NCBI GenBank assembly: GCA_030602785.1
Contig: JAUVZB010000002.1
Span: forward strand, 47,550-111,549
Length of the DNA stretch: 64,000 bases
DNA from: Dehalococcoidia bacterium
GTDB taxonomy: Bacteria > Chloroflexota > Dehalococcoidia > GIF9 > AB-539-J10
Direction of reading: 5' to 3'
The translations under genes were made by a program, and so were the position numbers. The notes under the pieces were generated by a model. The model did not search any database and was not told where the DNA came from. It worked only from the letters and a program-made list of their open reading frames with translations. Shown one piece after another: positions 19,076 through 28,179 of the stretch. The first letter of the stretch is position 1; every line of letters begins with the position of its first letter.

Positions 19076-19158
19076 TGCCGAGGGAGGGACTCGAACCCAC
19101 ACTCCCTTGCGGGAAGCGGATTTTAAGTCCGCCGCGTCTACCATTCCGCCACCTCGGC
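19076..19158 (-). tRNA. tRNA-Leu (TAA)
   Basis: GCCGAGG acceptor, anticodon arm GCGGA-CTTAAAA-TCCGC, long variable arm, GTTCGAGTC. Confidence 0.96.
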
Positions 19159-19201
19159 GTTGAGGCCCGGTACGCGAGACAGGACGAAGGAGCAGAAAAC
19201 A

Positions 19202-19274
19202 AGGCGGCGAGCGGATTCGAACCGCTGAATAGGGGTTTTGCAGACCCCCGCCTTAACCTCTTGGCTACACCGCC
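19202..19274 (-). tRNA. tRNA-Cys (GCA)
   Basis: GGCGGTG..GGGGT-CTGCAAA-ACCCC..GTTCGAATC, U discriminator. Confidence 0.95.
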
Positions 19275-19295
19275 ACGAAGGCAAGTCAAACAGAA

Positions 19296-19370
19296 TGGAG
19301 CGGAAGACGAGATTCGAACTCGCGACCTCCTCCTTGGCAAGGAGGCGTTCTACCACTGAACTACTTCCGC
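19296..19370 (-). tRNA. tRNA-Gly (GCC)
   Basis: GCGGAAG..CCTCC-TTGCCAA-GGAGG..TCCA end. Confidence 0.96.
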
Positions 19371-19420
19371 CCGCTCGCTATTGTACTGTCTCCTTCTCAC
19401 CTCGTTCAAGGAAGAAAGAG

Positions 19421-19504
19421 TGCCGAGGGGGAGACTTGAACTCCCACGCGCTTGCGCGCACCACCCCCTCAAGATGGCGTGTCTACCTATTCCACCACCT
19501 CGGC
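19421..19504 (-). tRNA. tRNA-Leu (GAG)
   Basis: CCATC-TTGAGGG-GGTGG anticodon arm, long variable arm. Confidence 0.95.
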
Positions 19505-19505
19505 A

Positions 19506-19582
19506 TGGCAGGGGCGGCAGGACTCGAACCCACGACCGGCGGTTTTGGAGACCGCTGCTCTACCAAACTGAGCTACGCCCCT
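19506..19582 (-). tRNA. tRNA-Trp (CCA)
   Basis: AGGGGCG..GCGGT-CTCCAAA-ACCGC..GCCA end. Confidence 0.96.
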
Positions 19583-19603
19583 AGATACCAAAGATATTCC
19601 TCA

Positions 19604-19677
19604 TACCCCTGGGGCGACTCGAACGCCCGACACGCGGTTTAGGAAACCGCTGCTCTTTCCTACTGAGCTACAGGGGC
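19604..19677 (-). tRNA. tRNA-Arg (CCT)
   Basis: GCCCCTG..GCGGT-TTCCTAA-ACCGC..GTTCGAGTC. Confidence 0.95.
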
Positions 19678-19680
19678 AAG

Positions 19681-19753
19681 TGGAGATAGGGGGACTCGAA
19701 CCCCCAACCTCCGCGATGCGAACGCGGCGCTCTCCCAGCTGAGCTATATCCCC
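19681..19753 (-). tRNA. tRNA-Ala (CGC)
   Basis: G3:U70 acceptor pair, CCGCG-TTCGCAT-CGCGG. Confidence 0.95.
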
Positions 19754-19762
19754 AACGTCGGC

Positions 19763-19791
19763 ATTGTAGCAGTCTCCATGGCCGACAGCAA
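19763..19791 (-). promoter_or_regulatory. Promoter of the tRNA cluster
   Basis: TTGCTG-17 bp-TGC-extended TACAAT, 9 bp before tRNA-Ala. Confidence 0.65.
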
Positions 19792-19865
19792 GATTCCTGG
19801 CCTCAAGCATCACTGAACTGGAACGCAACAGCCGCGCATGAGCAGAACCTGCGTCCACCCGGGAG

Positions 19866-20480
19866 CTACGGTCCCCACTGTTCGTAGAGGATAACCTCGC
19901 GCCTGCACCGGGGGCAGAGGAAACTCACATTGTCCCCACGCTCAAGAGCCCTGGCCGGATCGCGCATGCTCTCAGCGACCAGGCCAAGATCCTGGCTCAG
20001 CATGAGGGCAAGACCCATGTTGCCGAACGCCTTGGGCCCCAGTCTCTGCGCCACCCAGCGGATCTGGTCCACAGTGGCTATGACCTCGCCGCACTCCTGG
20101 CAAATGACCAATTCCTTCTCAACAGTCGACACCGCGAGCGTCCGGTCATAGGTGCCAGTGTCAAACTCGTTCGTCAGCACAACACCTTCCAACGTCGTGC
20201 AGTAGCGATGACACTGGCCACAGAAGATGCAGTGGTCGTGGTGAATGGTCAGCACGCGACGTCCCTTGCCATCCTCCACATGGTCCACAACTTCGATTGC
20301 GTTCGCAGGACACACCTGGGCGCACGCTCCACAGCCAATGCAGTCCGCCTCAACGAACTTCGGCTTGCCACGGAAGGCCTCCGGCGGCACGGACGGCTCG
20401 TAGGGAAAGCGTATTGTGTAGGGCCGGCTGAAGAGAGACCGTAGCGCCTCTCCAAGCTCCCTGACTTTGGGTGTCCTCAT
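19866..20480 (-). CDS. NuoI/HycF-like 2x[4Fe-4S] hydrogenase subunit with C-terminal extra Cys pairs
   Basis: PYTIRFP, CIGCGACAQVCP, CIFCGQCHRYC, plus CQEC and CPRC. Confidence 0.88.
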   Translation of the reverse strand: MRTPKVRELGEALRSLFSRPYTIRFPYEPSVPPEAFRGKPKFVEADCIGCGACAQVCPANAIEVVDHVEDGKGRRVLTIHHDHCIFCGQCHRYCTTLEGVVLTNEFDTGTYDRTLAVSTVEKELVICQECGEVIATVDQIRWVAQRLGPKAFGNMGLALMLSQDLGLVAESMRDPARALERGDNVSFLCPRCRREVILYEQWGP

Positions 20481-20483
20481 AGT

Positions 20484-21935
20484 CTAAGCTCCAAGCATGA
20501 TTGCGCGGACAGCGGGTTGGAGTACGTGCTCAATGAACCACGGGAACGTAAAGCCGAGCGCTATACACGCGGCAGCCAGAACAACCGCCGGCGCATACAT
20601 GCTGACGGGGCTCTCCTTGACGCCACGCAGAGCCTGCGGCAGCGCTCCGAAAAACACGCCGCGCTCGTACCTCAGGAAGTACCCGATTGTGATCACGGCT
20701 CCGACCGCTGCCACAACCGCAAACCCTGTCTGGCCGGCCTGGACCGCAGCTACGATTATCAGGAGCTTGCTCCAGAAGCCGTTGAAGGGCGGGCACCCGC
20801 TGATCGAGAAGAAGCCGATGGCCGACGTCACGCCTGTCACAGGCATCCTGCTGTTCAAGCCGCCCAGCTTGCAGATATCACGAGTTCCTGTCTGGCGTTC
20901 AACCGAGCCGGCCCCGAAGAAGAACAGCTCTTTGAAAAGAGCGTGGTTCACAAGATGAAACAGCGCACCAATGAGCGCCAGCGGCGTACCGAGGCCCAGG
21001 CCCAGCAACACGTATCCCATCTGGCTGATAGTGCAATAGGCAAGAAGACGCTTCATGTCGCTCTGGACCAGGGCAAGCAGCGCGCCCGCAAGTATCGACA
21101 AGGACGCCAGAACGAGCAGCACAGTCGAGAACACGCCCCCCGGTACAAACACGAGGAAAAGCAGCCGCATGAGTCCGTAGAGCCCGACGACTTTGATGAA
21201 GACGCCGGACAGAACGGCAGATACCGGAGCCGGCGCCGTTGAGTGCGCGTCCGGAAGCCACGCATGATAGGGCACAAACGCCGCCTTCAAGGCAAGGCCG
21301 GAGAGGAGAAGCACGGCCGGCAGCCCAACGCCCGCAGCGGTGGCGGAACCCATCGCTGCCATCTCGCGGAACGACACCGTGCCCAGGCAGTTGTACGTCA
21401 GTCCGATGCCCGCAATCAGGCAGAGCGTCCCGACGGTGCCGAGCACCTGGTACTTGAACGACGCCTCGAGGTATTCCTTGCCCAACCCGTATGCCACCAG
21501 GGCATAGCACGCAAGTGCGGCCACCTCAATTCCGACGTAGAGATTGACGAGGTCGGCACCGAGAACAACCATGTTCATACCGGCCAGCATCAACAAAAAC
21601 AACACGTAGTACTTCGCCTTCGACGTGTACGACTCCATGTAGGAGACGGAGTAGACCGATGCGGCAAGACAACCCACCGCGCTGACAAGCAGCATCAGGA
21701 GGCTCAGCCCATCCGCACTGAGGCTTATCCCCAGGGGGGACGCGCCACCCATGGACCAGGTCAACGTTGTCCCACCCAGAACCGGACCCGCGACGGCGAG
21801 CGCGAGGCCCAACACGACTACCGTTCCAACATTGCACAGGACGTCGGCAACTCGCTCAGCGCCTCTGGAAAACAACGCTATGGCAAGTGCTGCCGCGAGA
21901 GGCACAGCTATCAGCGCAGGAAGAACAGCACTCAT
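20484..21935 (-). CDS. MrpD/NuoN-like antiporter subunit
   Basis: Polytopic, with YVGIEV, LKAAFVPYHAWLPDAH, KRLLAYCTISQMGY, PPFNGFWSK. Confidence 0.9.
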   Translation of the reverse strand: MSAVLPALIAVPLAAALAIALFSRGAERVADVLCNVGTVVVLGLALAVAGPVLGGTTLTWSMGGASPLGISLSADGLSLLMLLVSAVGCLAASVYSVSYMESYTSKAKYYVLFLLMLAGMNMVVLGADLVNLYVGIEVAALACYALVAYGLGKEYLEASFKYQVLGTVGTLCLIAGIGLTYNCLGTVSFREMAAMGSATAAGVGLPAVLLLSGLALKAAFVPYHAWLPDAHSTAPAPVSAVLSGVFIKVVGLYGLMRLLFLVFVPGGVFSTVLLVLASLSILAGALLALVQSDMKRLLAYCTISQMGYVLLGLGLGTPLALIGALFHLVNHALFKELFFFGAGSVERQTGTRDICKLGGLNSRMPVTGVTSAIGFFSISGCPPFNGFWSKLLIIVAAVQAGQTGFAVVAAVGAVITIGYFLRYERGVFFGALPQALRGVKESPVSMYAPAVVLAAACIALGFTFPWFIEHVLQPAVRAIMLGA

Positions 21936-22231
21936 CCCTTGAGTCTCCTCATCTCACGGATATCCAGCGTCCCGTATTTCTCATACAGGCGCACCGCTGT
22001 GACAGTCATCAGGGAGACAACCGACGCCCCACCGATGACAGCCATAAGACCCACCGTCTGCGAGACCTCAGCAACCGATGAGCCTTCCATCCCGACCACC
22101 ACTACGAGTGCCGCGACTCCCAGCACCATCATCTCAATGCCGAGGACGACCTTCAGGAGGTTCCGCTTGAGCAGAACGCCGTAGAGGCCAACTGCGACAA
22201 GCAGTACTGAGAAGAGACACAGCTGGCTCAT
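21932..22231 (-). CDS. MrpC/NuoK-like small membrane subunit
   Basis: GLYGVLLKRNLLKVVLGIE...YGTLDIREMRRLKG, start overlaps the upstream stop. Confidence 0.85.
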   Translation of the reverse strand: MSQLCLFSVLLVAVGLYGVLLKRNLLKVVLGIEMMVLGVAALVVVVGMEGSSVAEVSQTVGLMAVIGGASVVSLMTVTAVRLYEKYGTLDIREMRRLKG

Positions 22232-22692
22232 TCGTCCCTCCTTCCTGTCTTGCGAAGCATCGCCCACACAGCCGCCAGCGCTGAAATGACCACGATGACT
22301 TCACGCAGGAGCCCCACGTGACTGCCGGCCTCACCATCTGTCCGCGCAATCGTCTCAACCGGGCAATATCCTCTCAGCACCAGGAGGGCAACAATCACGA
22401 ACGCAACGACAGTCACGATTGCCAGAACGCTGCCCGCTCCTTCGCCGAGCGCAGGCACGGTGTCCTCAGCCCCGGTGCGGCCAATGGCCCATTTCATCAC
22501 GCCCAACACCACAACCACCGCCACGACAGCGCCCACTCCCACCTCAACGGCCCCCGCGACAAACATGGCCACGGCGAACAGGACGAGCGCCACTCCTGTC
22601 GCCACGAGCGACTTCTTCAACTGCCGTAGCTCGAGTGCCGCAACGCCGGCAATCGCACTCAACACAAGCAACACAGACACCGGACTCACCAT
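22228..22692 (-). CDS. Membrane subunit (MrpA C-terminus/MrpB/NuoJ-like, divergent)
   Basis: About 5 hydrophobic helices, sits between the MrpA-like and MrpC-like genes. Confidence 0.6.
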   Translation of the reverse strand: MVSPVSVLLVLSAIAGVAALELRQLKKSLVATGVALVLFAVAMFVAGAVEVGVGAVVAVVVVLGVMKWAIGRTGAEDTVPALGEGAGSVLAIVTVVAFVIVALLVLRGYCPVETIARTDGEAGSHVGLLREVIVVISALAAVWAMLRKTGRRDE

Positions 22693-22702
22693 AATCTATG
22701 TC

Positions 22703-24607
22703 CTAGCCAACAACCGATAACACAACAAACAACACCAGAACACCCCACAACATCCAGGAGACGTAGGTAGACAGTCTGCCGCCGTGCAAGGCGCTCAGAG
22801 CCCAACCAAGCGGAGCTGCAAGCTTGCTCAATCGCTGTATGTCGAAGGCGCCACTCTCACCCTTGTCATAGAGCCGGCTCAAACCAGGCAGCCTTCGTAT
22901 GCTGTCATAGAACTCGGTCCCGAGCACGCGGGTATCAGACATTTCCCTGTTCCGCCCATACTTCGTGTTCAGAGAGTCGCTCGTTCCTTCTCCGGCAGTC
23001 TCCCCTCCGATGTAGACTGGCGCAATCCGAACCGAACGGGTCCGCGACGCGAGGTAGATGAAATACCCGATGAGCAGCGCCAGGAGCAACAGCGCCGTGG
23101 CGACTGTCGGACTCCAGATACCACCAATTGATATGGCTTCAGGGAATGCGGGGAACTGCATGCCAACAGCCGGGCCGATGAAGTGCTGCAGCGGCACCTG
23201 GGCAGCGACTCCAAAGATGACGCACAGCGTGGCGAGAACAGCCGGGGCAAAGCGCATTGATGGCCCCACCTCAACAACACCTGACAAGCCCCTGGGACTA
23301 TCCCCAAGGAAGACGCCATGCGCCACCTTCACGAAAGACGCGAGCGTCAGGGCGCTACCGAACATGGCGGCAACCAGGAATATCCAGTACCTGTCAACGC
23401 CGGCCTCAACAATGCCCTGGTAGACCATCCACTTCGAGACGAACCCGTTCAAGGGCGGAATGCCTGATATGGCCAGCGCAGCTATGCCGAATGCAACAAA
23501 TGTGAATGGCATCACGCGAGCCAGGCCTCCCAGCTTCGCAATATCCATGGTGCCTGTTCGCTTCTCCACCGCCCCTGCTGTCAGGAAAAGGCAGCTCTTG
23601 TAGATGGCGTGGTTCAGCATGTGGAACAGCCCGCCGGCAATGCCTATCGCGGTCCCGGTTCCGATGCCAAGCACCATGTAGCCGACCTGTGACACCGCGT
23701 GGAATGACAACAGCTTCCGCAGGTCATGCTGCACCATCGCCATCACCACAGCAGCCACTATCGTCACAGCCCCTATGACCATCAGGAGCAGATTGAGGGC
23801 AAGGTTGACCTGGAATATGTCAAGGACGAGCCTTGCAAGCAAATATATTCCCAGCAGCTTGTCGAGGGATGCAGGTAGAAGCGCCATGACCGATGTGGGA
23901 GCCGCCTCCGCCATGTCAGGAATCCAGCTGTGCATCGGCATTGCGCCGGCCTTCGACAGGGCGCCCAGCATGATGAGGACAAACGCTGCCGCCGACATGG
24001 AACCCGTGACGGGCAAAGACGTCTCACTGAGTACGAGCGTGCCTGACTGCGCGAACACCAGGCCGACACCCAGTATGAGAGCCAGATCTGCAGCTCCAAG
24101 GATTATCATGCTCTTGCCGGCCGCACGCATCACCTTGTTCGCATCCGCGTCCGCCGCGCCGATTGTGGTGAGAAGGAAGAGGGTCACGAGTATAAGACCC
24201 CAGAACCCCACAAACGCCAGCCAGTTGTTGGCAAGAAGCGCGCCGTTCGCGGCGCCGATGCTTATCAGCACGTAGGGGTAGTATTCCCGCAACCTCGACC
24301 TACCCCGCATGTAGCCAAGTGAGAACACGGTCACGAGAAGTCCGAACAGGGTGGCGAACATGACCATGAACCTGTTCAGCTCGTCAATGCGCAGGTCGAC
24401 AAGATAGCCCTGCACGAAACCGAGTGAAATCGCACGATACGATGCCTCCGGCCCCACGAGCACAACCATGCCCAGCAGGAACACAGCGCCACTCACAACC
24501 GTGCTGAACACTTCGCGGAACTTCTCCGCCCTGACGGGGATGGCAAACGCAACCGCCCCCGCAATCAAGGGCAGGAAGACAACCCACGGCAACACGGGAG
24601 AACTCAT
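22703..24607 (-). CDS. MrpA/NuoL/HyfB-like antiporter subunit
   Basis: SKAGAMPMHSWIPD, DKLLGIY, KLLSFHAVSQVGY, HMLNHAIYK, PPLNGFVSKW. ATG 24607 overlaps the large-subunit stop. Confidence 0.9.
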   Translation of the reverse strand: MSSPVLPWVVFLPLIAGAVAFAIPVRAEKFREVFSTVVSGAVFLLGMVVLVGPEASYRAISLGFVQGYLVDLRIDELNRFMVMFATLFGLLVTVFSLGYMRGRSRLREYYPYVLISIGAANGALLANNWLAFVGFWGLILVTLFLLTTIGAADADANKVMRAAGKSMIILGAADLALILGVGLVFAQSGTLVLSETSLPVTGSMSAAAFVLIMLGALSKAGAMPMHSWIPDMAEAAPTSVMALLPASLDKLLGIYLLARLVLDIFQVNLALNLLLMVIGAVTIVAAVVMAMVQHDLRKLLSFHAVSQVGYMVLGIGTGTAIGIAGGLFHMLNHAIYKSCLFLTAGAVEKRTGTMDIAKLGGLARVMPFTFVAFGIAALAISGIPPLNGFVSKWMVYQGIVEAGVDRYWIFLVAAMFGSALTLASFVKVAHGVFLGDSPRGLSGVVEVGPSMRFAPAVLATLCVIFGVAAQVPLQHFIGPAVGMQFPAFPEAISIGGIWSPTVATALLLLALLIGYFIYLASRTRSVRIAPVYIGGETAGEGTSDSLNTKYGRNREMSDTRVLGTEFYDSIRRLPGLSRLYDKGESGAFDIQRLSKLAAPLGWALSALHGGRLSTYVSWMLWGVLVLFVVLSVVG

Positions 24608-25809
24608 ATCTCCAGCCAACTCCTCGAACGCTGTGGGAAACTCCGCTCGAGCTCCTTCGTGCGTTCCCACGAAAGATCGAGGAGGTTCTTCTCATCCAGC
24701 GCTTCCACCGACTTTCCGTCCTCCATGCGGACAGCACGATTCGTACAGCAATAGCACGGGTCGATCGACGCCAGGATAATCATGATATCCGCCACTCTCT
24801 CACCGATGAAGCGAGACCTGAAGGACGGCAGGTTGGAGAACGTAGGCGCACGCACCTTCAGTCTGTAAGGGCAATTCGTGCCGTCGGACCGCACGTAGTG
24901 GAAGCACTCACCCCGTGGCGCCTCCTCGACCCCGATGCCCTCACCCGGAGGAACTTCAGGAATCTCCTCAAGAATCGCCCCCTCAGGAATTCCATCCACG
25001 CACTGGCGGACGATTTTCACGGCTTCAAGAATCTCAAGCAGCCTCACCACAGCCATGGCCAACACATCTCCATCTGTCTGAGTGATGACGTTCCACTCAA
25101 CAGCATCGTAGGCTGCATAGGGGTAGTCTCTGCGGGTGTCGATGTCGACTCCCGCGCTCCTGGCCACAGGCCCCACAGTGCAGCGTTTCACGGCATCCTC
25201 ACGGCTGAGCTTTCCGACGCCTTTCAGTCTCGCGAGCATGACGGGATCATCGAGTATCGCGCCGATGAACATGTTGATCTTCGGCTCAAGCTCATCCATA
25301 GCCTTGACAATGCCGCTGTACTCCGAGGGCTTGATATCCTGTCGCACTCCGCCCGGCTTGATCATCGCGTAGGACTGCCGGTTGCCGGAGATTCTCTCGA
25401 AGAGATCGCAGACTAGCTCGCGATACCGCCACGACCACATCCAGACCGTGTGGTATCCGATGTAGTGGCCGGCCAACCCGAGCCACAGCAGATGGCTATG
25501 CATACGTTCGAGCTCCGCAACGATGGACCGTATGTACCTGGCTCGCTCCGGGATCTCCACACCGACCAGGTCCTCGACCGCCTGGCAGAACGCTATGGGA
25601 TGGGAAGTGGAGCAGATTCCGCAGATTCTCTCCACCAGGAAGACGACCTGGTCATAGGTCTTGCTCTCCGCAATCTTCTCAATGCCACGATGCATGTAGC
25701 TCGTGCGCCAATCGATATCGACAACCCTTTCGCCCTCCACGACAATGCGGAACAGTTCCGGCTCTTCAATCAGAGGGTGATATGGACCAACAGGTATGGT
25801 AGTCCTCAT
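24604..25809 (-). CDS. Group 4 [NiFe]-hydrogenase large subunit
   Basis: GPYHP, HRGIEK, L1 ERICGICSTSH, EAPRGE, RAPT, L2 DPCYCCTNR, plus a C-terminal tail. Confidence 0.93.
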   Translation of the reverse strand: MRTTIPVGPYHPLIEEPELFRIVVEGERVVDIDWRTSYMHRGIEKIAESKTYDQVVFLVERICGICSTSHPIAFCQAVEDLVGVEIPERARYIRSIVAELERMHSHLLWLGLAGHYIGYHTVWMWSWRYRELVCDLFERISGNRQSYAMIKPGGVRQDIKPSEYSGIVKAMDELEPKINMFIGAILDDPVMLARLKGVGKLSREDAVKRCTVGPVARSAGVDIDTRRDYPYAAYDAVEWNVITQTDGDVLAMAVVRLLEILEAVKIVRQCVDGIPEGAILEEIPEVPPGEGIGVEEAPRGECFHYVRSDGTNCPYRLKVRAPTFSNLPSFRSRFIGERVADIMIILASIDPCYCCTNRAVRMEDGKSVEALDEKNLLDLSWERTKELERSFPQRSRSWLEI

Positions 25810-26315
25810 TCTGTCCCCTTGCTCCGAATCCGCTTCCTGACTTCTTCCTGTTCCTCCTCAGTCCGGTAGGGGTACCTCCCCTTGTTTTCCTTCCTGTAGG
25901 GGTACTCGCCTTCAGGCCAATCGTCGGCGAGAATGAATCGAGCGGGATTGGGATGACCGATGAACTCGACGCCGAAGAGATCGGCAATCTCTCTTTCGAT
26001 GTATTCGGCGCCGTCTATGATTGTGGCAATCGAATCGATCCGGGGTTCCGGCATCGGCACAACCGCCCTCAGGGTCAGGATTTTCCCGAGCTGATCGAAC
26101 GAGAAGTGGTACAGAAGCTCCATCCCCGCACGGGTCTCGAGTCCGGTCAGGATAATCAGGCGAGCTCCCATGTCCGTAAACAGAAAACTCGAGATATCCC
26201 TGACCTTGCCCGGCACGATGCTGGCATAGACCCTGGAGTCAGACCGTAGCTCTACATCAGCAACGGCTTCAGGGAAACGCTCTTGAAGGCTCTTGACAGG
26301 ATCCACGTTTCTCAC
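25806..26315 (-). CDS. NuoC/EchD-like subunit
   Basis: LLYHFSFD, IDSIA, EREIADLFGVEFIGHP...DWPEG.YP.RK. Confidence 0.9.
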   Translation of the reverse strand: MRNVDPVKSLQERFPEAVADVELRSDSRVYASIVPGKVRDISSFLFTDMGARLIILTGLETRAGMELLYHFSFDQLGKILTLRAVVPMPEPRIDSIATIIDGAEYIEREIADLFGVEFIGHPNPARFILADDWPEGEYPYRKENKGRYPYRTEEEQEEVRKRIRSKGTE

Positions 26316-26322
26316 CTATCTC

Positions 26323-26760
26323 CTAAAGCTTGGCAAGCCCCTTGACCACCCCGGCGATAATCGCCTCCGGTCGGGGGGGGCAGCCGGGAATGTACACATC
26401 AACCGGAATTATCTTGTCCAGAGGTCCCACCATATGATAGCTGCCATCGAATATGCCTCCGCTGCATGCACAGGCGCCGATTGCGACAACGAGGCATGGC
26501 TTCGCGGTCTGTTCGTACACATGCAGCAACCTCGGAAAAGTCTGCATCGTCACAATCCCAGTAACCAAAAGCACATCCGCATGCCGGGGCGACCCGACGA
26601 GAATAATGCCAAATCGCTCGGCATCGTATTTCGGTGTTAGCACATCGAGAATCTCGATGTCGCAGTTGTTACACGAGCCGGTATTCAGATGGAACGCCCA
26701 GGGTGACTTCTTGAGTCCCCACCGGGATAACTTGCTCAGCTTTCTTTCGCTTTCTTCCAT
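26323..26760 (-). CDS. NuoB/EchC-like hydrogenase small subunit
   Basis: GSCNNCDIE, SPRHAD, GACACSGG, YIPGCPPRP. Confidence 0.94.
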   Translation of the reverse strand: MEESERKLSKLSRWGLKKSPWAFHLNTGSCNNCDIEILDVLTPKYDAERFGIILVGSPRHADVLLVTGIVTMQTFPRLLHVYEQTAKPCLVVAIGACACSGGIFDGSYHMVGPLDKIIPVDVYIPGCPPRPEAIIAGVVKGLAKL

Positions 26761-26764
26761 TTCA

Positions 26765-27697
26765 CTACAAGCCCAGTGAGGCCAGCACTATGCCCACGAT
26801 AGAGAGAACCAGGACCGGCCCCCAGAAGAACCGGAGCGCCTGGTCGATTCGAAGTCGCGGGTTCGTGTTCTTAATCAGGGCCACGAATACCAGGATGAGG
26901 ACGTACCACAGTATGGCCCACGGACTCCACGCTGTCGTGGCGAAAAGGGTAATCAGGAACACGGGCAGCACACACACCAGCATCGCTTTCGTCAGCTTGA
27001 ATGCAGCCAGCGGCACGCCCGAGTATTCGGTGTATGGTCCCGCTATCAACTCGCACTCGGCCTCCGGTATGTCAAACGGTCCCACAGCCAGCTTCGCTGG
27101 CACATATATCAGCGCCACGATGAAAGCAATGATGCACGAGATCCCCTGTGACAGCATCGGCCCGCTGGCCTGCTGGTAGGCGACCATTCCGCCGAGAGAC
27201 ACAATACCGCCGTTCTTCACAACGAGCGTGAAGACCGAGAGGAGGAACCCAACCTCGTAAGCCAGCATCAGCTTCATCTCGCGGCTGGCGCCGAGAGCTG
27301 CAAAAGGATTTCGGGAGGCCGAACCTCCGACTATGAGAGCCAATGATGGCACATACAAAAGATACAGCACTACGATGAGGTCGCCCACAAACCCGCCGTC
27401 AGGTCGGATGCTCGCCATCCAGAGTACCGTGGACACGACCACAACCGCGGCGAACCCCACGAAGGGGGCACCGAGAAAAGTGAGCTTCGCGCTCCCATCG
27501 GCAACGACGGTCTCCTTACCCAGCAGCTTCGCCACGTCGGCAAAGGACTGGTACCAGGGAGGGCCAACGCGCCACTGGAGCCTCGCGCTCAACTTGCGGT
27601 CGAACCACGACGACAGTAGGCCCACAACAGCCGTGAATACGAACCCCGGGAACACGGCCACCAGACCAACGTACGTCAGCAGATTCGTCAGAGACAC
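26765..27697 (-). CDS. NuoH/EchB/HycD-like membrane subunit
   Basis: RKLSARLQWRVGPP, DVAKLLGKE, PFDIPEAECEL..GP.TEYSG, PRLRIDQ. Confidence 0.93.
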   Translation of the reverse strand: MSLTNLLTYVGLVAVFPGFVFTAVVGLLSSWFDRKLSARLQWRVGPPWYQSFADVAKLLGKETVVADGSAKLTFLGAPFVGFAAVVVVSTVLWMASIRPDGGFVGDLIVVLYLLYVPSLALIVGGSASRNPFAALGASREMKLMLAYEVGFLLSVFTLVVKNGGIVSLGGMVAYQQASGPMLSQGISCIIAFIVALIYVPAKLAVGPFDIPEAECELIAGPYTEYSGVPLAAFKLTKAMLVCVLPVFLITLFATTAWSPWAILWYVLILVFVALIKNTNPRLRIDQALRFFWGPVLVLSIVGIVLASLGL

Positions 27698-27699
27698 GC

Positions 27700-28179
27700 C
27701 TATACTCTCCTGAAGAACGGATGACGCCCCTTCATGCTGGAGCCAATCATGACGCTATTCTCAGCGATTTCGTCAGCCTCTTCATACGTGAGGGCGTCTG
27801 CAGGACATGCCATGACACACGCCGGCTCCCTGCCTTCCTCCAACCTCGAGGCGCAGAGGTCGCACTTGGAGATCACGTATGACCGGATCTCCGGCTCAAT
27901 CACACCAAAGGGGCACGCCACCACACACGAGCCACAACCCGTGCACAGCATGTTCATTCTCTTGATTGCCCCACTATCGAGCTTCTTGATAGCGCCCTGG
28001 GGGCAGGCGGCGAGACAGGCAGGCTCCTCGCACTGACGGCAGATGAACGGCAGTCGAACATCTTCCCGCAACTCACCGTACCCTATCGTAGGCCTGTGCT
28101 CATTGTGTGAGTAGTCACACGCCGCCGAGCATGTCCGGCACGCGATGCAACGATCGATATTGACGAAGACTCTCTTCAT
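27700..28179 (-). CDS. HycB/CooF-like 4x[4Fe-4S] ferredoxin subunit
   Basis: CIACRTCSAAC, CRQCEEPACLAACP, CTGCGSCVVACP, KCDLC...PACVMACP. Confidence 0.92.
   Translation of the reverse strand: MKRVFVNIDRCIACRTCSAACDYSHNEHRPTIGYGELREDVRLPFICRQCEEPACLAACPQGAIKKLDSGAIKRMNMLCTGCGSCVVACPFGVIEPEIRSYVISKCDLCASRLEEGREPACVMACPADALTYEEADEIAENSVMIGSSMKGRHPFFRRV

Noticed and set aside
19014-19858. ORFs across the tRNA cluster
   Set aside because: They are translations of tRNA sequence.
24604-25809. Complex I NuoD or Ni-free Ehr/Mbx subunit
   Set aside because: Both CxxC metal-binding motifs are intact (CGIC, CYCC), so it was called a true hydrogenase subunit.
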